Assembly: GCA_016187835.1 (NCBI GenBank)
Contig: JACPIY010000079.1
Span: 394 to 64,393, forward strand
Length of the DNA stretch: 64,000 nt
Origin: Deltaproteobacteria bacterium
GTDB lineage: Bacteria; Desulfobacterota_D; UBA1144; Nemesobacterales; CSP1-2
Reading direction: 5' to 3'
The notes under the pieces are model-generated. The model was not told where the DNA came from. It saw nothing but the letters and a program-made list of their open reading frames with translations, and did not search any database. The stretch's first letter is position 1. Each line of letters starts with the position of its first letter. Position numbers and translations under genes: made by a program. Below, piece by piece: positions 59,554 through 64,000 of the stretch.

Positions 59554-62307
59554 TTAGCCAATTTCATTAACTATTGGCAATTCAATAAAAAACGTTGCAC
59601 CTTCCCCTTCCCTGCTGATGACGTAGATATCACCACCATGTTCTTTGATAATCCCATAAGAAACAGAAAGCCCAAGTCCTGTACCTCTTCCTACAGGTTT
59701 GGTCGTAAAGAAGGGGTCAAATATCTTTTTTAGATTTTTCTCGGCGATTCCCGGACCACAGTCGCAAAACGAAATCTCTATTATTTTATCCCCGTCTATC
59801 ATAAGCTTGCTTCGTCCGTTTTTCACCCTGCTTTCTATCACAATCTGCCTCTTACTCTCCTCACTCTCAACCATAGCCTGCTCTGCGTTGATTATTAGGT
59901 TCAGAAACACCTGTTGAAGTTGATTCGGGTCTGCCATAGAAACGGGCAACTCAGGATCGAGTTTTTTTATAAGCTCAATATTATTTTTTCTAAGGTCATA
60001 TTCTTTAAGGCTCAATGTTCTTTCTAAAATTTCATTTATACTGGTGTACTGTTTCTCAGGACTGTGCTTGCGTGCAAAGGAAAGGAGGTTTTGAATCACT
60101 TTCCTAGCCCTATTTGCCTCATTGTAAATTACATCTATAGGTCTTCGAAGCTGTTCGTCCAGATTTTCCTCTCCAAGAATCATCTCGGAATATCCCATGA
60201 CGACAGCAAGCGGATTATTAACCTCATGGGCAACTCCGGCAATAAGTTCTCCCACCGCCGCCAACTTTGCTGATTGGACGAGCTGTTCATGTAGATTTTC
60301 CCTTTCTGTAATGTCGAACATAATAGCTGTGAGAATCTGTCGTCCACCGATCTTACAGGCAGAAAGGGAAACCTCAATTGGAAATTCATCTCCCCCTTTT
60401 TTGATCCCTGCAACTTCAATGGTTTTCCCCAAAAGACTCGAAATATCAGTTCCCAAATTGTTACCTAATCTTATTTTATAAAAATCCCTAAACTTCTCGG
60501 ATATAAGAACATTTAGTTCTTTATCTTCGATTTCCTTTTTTGCATATCCAAAAAGTTCCTCCGCTGAAGGATTAAAGAGGACGATCTTGCCGGCTTCGTC
60601 AATTGCAATAATGGCGCTCTTTGCAGTCTCAACAAGTGTCCTATATCGCTCTTCCGATTCCTTTAAAGCCTGCTCAAGCCTCTTTCTTAAGGTAATATCC
60701 TCGACTACAGATACAATTCCAATCTGCCTTCCATCCTTGTCTTTAACGACGGATGTCTTTTCATAAACGGGAAACACCTCCCCGTTTTTTCTCATCCCAA
60801 GCCGTTCGCCTTCCCATCCTACTATGAGAATCGCCTCATAAATCTTCTTGCTCACCCCGGATGGATCGTCAAACGGATAGAGAATACTGCTCTGTCTTCC
60901 CATAAGCTCTTCAAGTTCATATCCAAATACCTTCTTGTGGACAGGATTGATGTATATAATGTTTCTTTTCATGTCCGTGATTGTTACGGCAGAATTTAAA
61001 CTCCTTACCGCGGCGGCAAGTCTAAGCATTTCTTTATCGGCTTTTCTCCTGTCAGTTATATCTCTTGCAATAATCTGAATAGCAGGTTTTTGCTCATACT
61101 CGGTTAAAACTCCATTAACATCCAAAATCACCTCTTCCTGGTTTTTGTTGATTAATACGACCTCGTAATTTGAGATTTCTTCCCCTTTAAGTTTCTTGTT
61201 AATATTCTCCACGAAAACATCCCGAGAACGAGAAGATATAATATCCACAACCTTCAAACCATAGAACTCATCAGGCGTATACAAAAGGATATTAAAAGCC
61301 TTTCTATTTACGTACTTGAACCTGTTGTTCTGAATTATAAAAATTAAGTCGGGAGAATTCTCAACTAAAGCCCTATACTTCTGCTCCGACTCTTTGAGCT
61401 GGTCGGATTTTAATTTCGTATACTCATAAAGCTTGGCATTTTCAATAGCTATGGCCGCAGTCCGAGCCAAACCTTCAAGGAGTTGTGCACCATCATCTTG
61501 ACTAAAATCTTCTTGCTTTTTATTGCAGACCTCAATAACTCCTAAGAAATCCCCTTTTCTGCCAACTATCGGCACACAAATATAAGAATTGACCCAGGGA
61601 AGTGGTAAAAAGAAAGTATCTAATTTGTCGTTATCTTCTGAATCATCGGAAGTATATATATTTCTATCTTTCCAGAACTGCTCTAAGGTCCCTATTTCAA
61701 GGTCATTAGAATTAGATATATCTTGCCAATTTTTTCCATCCCAGAACTCCCGCATCATTACCTTATCATTTCCAAAAAGTGCAATAGAACCACATTCGCT
61801 CTCAGTAATAACCAAGCTCCTCTTAACAAGCTGCCTAAGAAGCTGCTTCATATTGAGCTGGGAATTTATATCTTCCGTCGCATTTAGAAGAGAATGAATC
61901 TGATCAAGCCTTCTGTCGCTCTGGATTTTCAGTCGTTGCTTTTCTAAAGCCTTTAGAACAAGCGCTTTTACATACTCAACATTAAATGGCTTCTCAAGAT
62001 AAGCAAACGCATCTTCTTTCATAGCTTGCACAGATATATCGGAAAGGGAATCAGAGTCGGCAAATAAAATAACTTCGGTACTTGGAGAAATAGACTTAAT
62101 CTGCCTCAAGATTTCTACACCAGAATTATCAGATAAAGAAATATCAACAAAAATCACGTGAAAAAATTTCCTACTGATAATGTCAATAACTTCATGCCCC
62201 GTATCCACAAGAGAGAAATTGAACTCCTCGCCTTTTAGAGACGTAACAAATTCCTCAGCCAAATTTTTATCGCTGAATCCAATCAAAATAGATGGATTGA
62301 TCTTCAA
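59554..62307 (-). CDS. Hybrid sensor histidine kinase: REC – GAF – three PAS – HisKA – HATPase
   Basis: N-terminal receiver (D in 'VIFVDISL'). GAF. PAS modules. 'HEVNNPL' H-box. 'GTGLGLS' G2 box. Confidence 0.8.
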   Translation of the reverse strand: MKINPSILIGFSDKNLAEEFVTSLKGEEFNFSLVDTGHEVIDIISRKFFHVIFVDISLSDNSGVEILRQIKSISPSTEVILFADSDSLSDISVQAMKEDAFAYLEKPFNVEYVKALVLKALEKQRLKIQSDRRLDQIHSLLNATEDINSQLNMKQLLRQLVKRSLVITESECGSIALFGNDKVMMREFWDGKNWQDISNSNDLEIGTLEQFWKDRNIYTSDDSEDNDKLDTFFLPLPWVNSYICVPIVGRKGDFLGVIEVCNKKQEDFSQDDGAQLLEGLARTAAIAIENAKLYEYTKLKSDQLKESEQKYRALVENSPDLIFIIQNNRFKYVNRKAFNILLYTPDEFYGLKVVDIISSRSRDVFVENINKKLKGEEISNYEVVLINKNQEEVILDVNGVLTEYEQKPAIQIIARDITDRRKADKEMLRLAAAVRSLNSAVTITDMKRNIIYINPVHKKVFGYELEELMGRQSSILYPFDDPSGVSKKIYEAILIVGWEGERLGMRKNGEVFPVYEKTSVVKDKDGRQIGIVSVVEDITLRKRLEQALKESEERYRTLVETAKSAIIAIDEAGKIVLFNPSAEELFGYAKKEIEDKELNVLISEKFRDFYKIRLGNNLGTDISSLLGKTIEVAGIKKGGDEFPIEVSLSACKIGGRQILTAIMFDITERENLHEQLVQSAKLAAVGELIAGVAHEVNNPLAVVMGYSEMILGEENLDEQLRRPIDVIYNEANRARKVIQNLLSFARKHSPEKQYTSINEILERTLSLKEYDLRKNNIELIKKLDPELPVSMADPNQLQQVFLNLIINAEQAMVESEESKRQIVIESRVKNGRSKLMIDGDKIIEISFCDCGPGIAEKNLKKIFDPFFTTKPVGRGTGLGLSVSYGIIKEHGGDIYVISREGEGATFFIELPIVNEIG

Positions 62308-62501
62308 TATCTACATCCTCCCCACGATAGAAATTATATATCAAAATCGCGAACTTAACTATCGCTTTAGGCGCTGAGGATAAGAGCCTGTCTTTCCTTT
62401 CTATTCTTATAAAATACTTCACACCAATTTTAGAGTGAAAGTAAAGTTACTAAAATATGTCCTCCGATTCCCAGAAGCCACTTCCATGAGGATAAAGCAC
62501 T

Positions 62502-62747
62502 TCAGATTTCGTCTCTCTGCCCGCTAACCCTTCCTAACTTACTGGAAATATATAGCGATATGGGAGCACAGCTGATAGAAACAACAAGAATTATAAAAAA
62601 ATAGTAGGCAATTTCTTCCTCCGATCTGCCTGAAGCGCCGGAAAAATACCTAAGAAGAATGACAACCAAAATTAAGGCGGAAATTAAACATACAAAAACC
62701 GACGCCATAAAAAGATAAGAAAAAAAGCTGGCAAGAGAACTTTTCAT
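62502..62747 (-). CDS. Possible small membrane protein (81 aa)
   Basis: Two hydrophobic helices. No homology recognised. Confidence 0.2.
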   Translation of the reverse strand: MKSSLASFFSYLFMASVFVCLISALILVVILLRYFSGASGRSEEEIAYYFFIILVVSISCAPISLYISSKLGRVSGQRDEI

Positions 62748-62855
62748 CTTTACCCTCGGCTTTTTTTATTAATTTTAGCACAAAATATGAAAACCAGCTC
62801 TTGTAGAAAAATAAAACTGTACACTCAGGAGGCAACCAGTTGATATGAAAGGTTG

Positions 62856-63428
62856 TTAAAACTCCATGATCTCCTTTTCTTTTCTTTCCAGGGTCACATT
62901 TATATCCTTTATAAAGCTATCTGTAACCTCCTGAATCTTGGAAAGGGTTCTTTTTACCTGATCCTCGGGTATCTTTTTTTCTTTTTCCACCTCTTTAGCG
63001 AGATTATTTGTTTCTTTCCTTATCTGCCTAACCGCAACCCTATACTCTTCAGCGAGCTTTCCCACAAACTTTACAAGTTCTTTCCTTCTTTCCTCAGTTA
63101 GGACGGGAACAACTATTCTTATCACCTTGCCATCATTTGAAGGATTTATGCTGAGATCAGATTGCCTGATTGCTTTTTCTATTTTGGCAATCGCACCTGT
63201 ATCCCAAGGTTGAATCACTATTGTCCTAGACTCCGGGACTGAAATTGTAGCGAGTTGATTTATAGGAGTTTGCGTTCCATAGTAATCCACTTTTATATGT
63301 TCGACAAGCGATGTAGAAGCTCTTCCCGTTCTCACTTTTCCAAGCTCCGCCTCAAATACACTAACTGACTTACTCATCCTCTTTTTAGCGTCTTCTAGAA
63401 TGTCATTTAAGCTTTTATCTTCACTCAT
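62856..63428 (-). CDS. frr: Ribosome recycling factor
   Basis: 'RTGRASTSLVEHIKVDYYGTQTPINQLATISVPE' is a canonical Frr motif. Confidence 0.85.
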   Translation of the reverse strand: MSEDKSLNDILEDAKKRMSKSVSVFEAELGKVRTGRASTSLVEHIKVDYYGTQTPINQLATISVPESRTIVIQPWDTGAIAKIEKAIRQSDLSINPSNDGKVIRIVVPVLTEERRKELVKFVGKLAEEYRVAVRQIRKETNNLAKEVEKEKKIPEDQVKRTLSKIQEVTDSFIKDINVTLERKEKEIMEF

Positions 63429-63431
63429 CCC

Positions 63432-64000
<569 letters not shown>

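Overview
This is a 64 kb segment of a Gram-negative-type bacterial chromosome, roughly 40% GC. An outer-membrane porin, ExbB/ExbD and RseP support the Gram-negative call.

Conserved genes are dense: efp, yacG, sirC/cysG-N-like, gmhA-like, mutL, thiolase, ddl, lysA, the macromolecular-synthesis operon rpsU-dnaG-rpoD, ctpA, a split transketolase, uppS-dxr-rseP, archease-rtcB-serS, and frr-pyrH. RNA genes are a tRNA-Val(CAC) and a stand-alone 5S rRNA.

Accessory or unusual content:
- A HepT/MntA toxin-antitoxin pair.
- Immediately downstream of it, a roughly 6.7 kb gene (DUF4011 – Upf1/DNA2-like SF1 helicase – Vsr/DUF559-like nuclease – DUF3320) with a very long repetitive insert between Walker A and Walker B. 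It is broken by two frameshifts and one in-frame TAG.
- A second in-frame TAG inside an otherwise well-conserved siroheme-synthase-like N-terminus.
- A degraded toxin-antitoxin locus plus an LLM-oxidoreductase fragment at the left edge of the window.
- A GYD gene frameshifted in an A7 tract.
- A dispersed intergenic element built from tandem heptamers, present in three copies.
- Several signal-transduction proteins: a class-III cyclase, a GGDEF+HD-GYP protein, and a REC-GAF-PAS3 histidine kinase.
- A secreted protein with three internal repeats.

No CRISPR array and no prophage body were seen.
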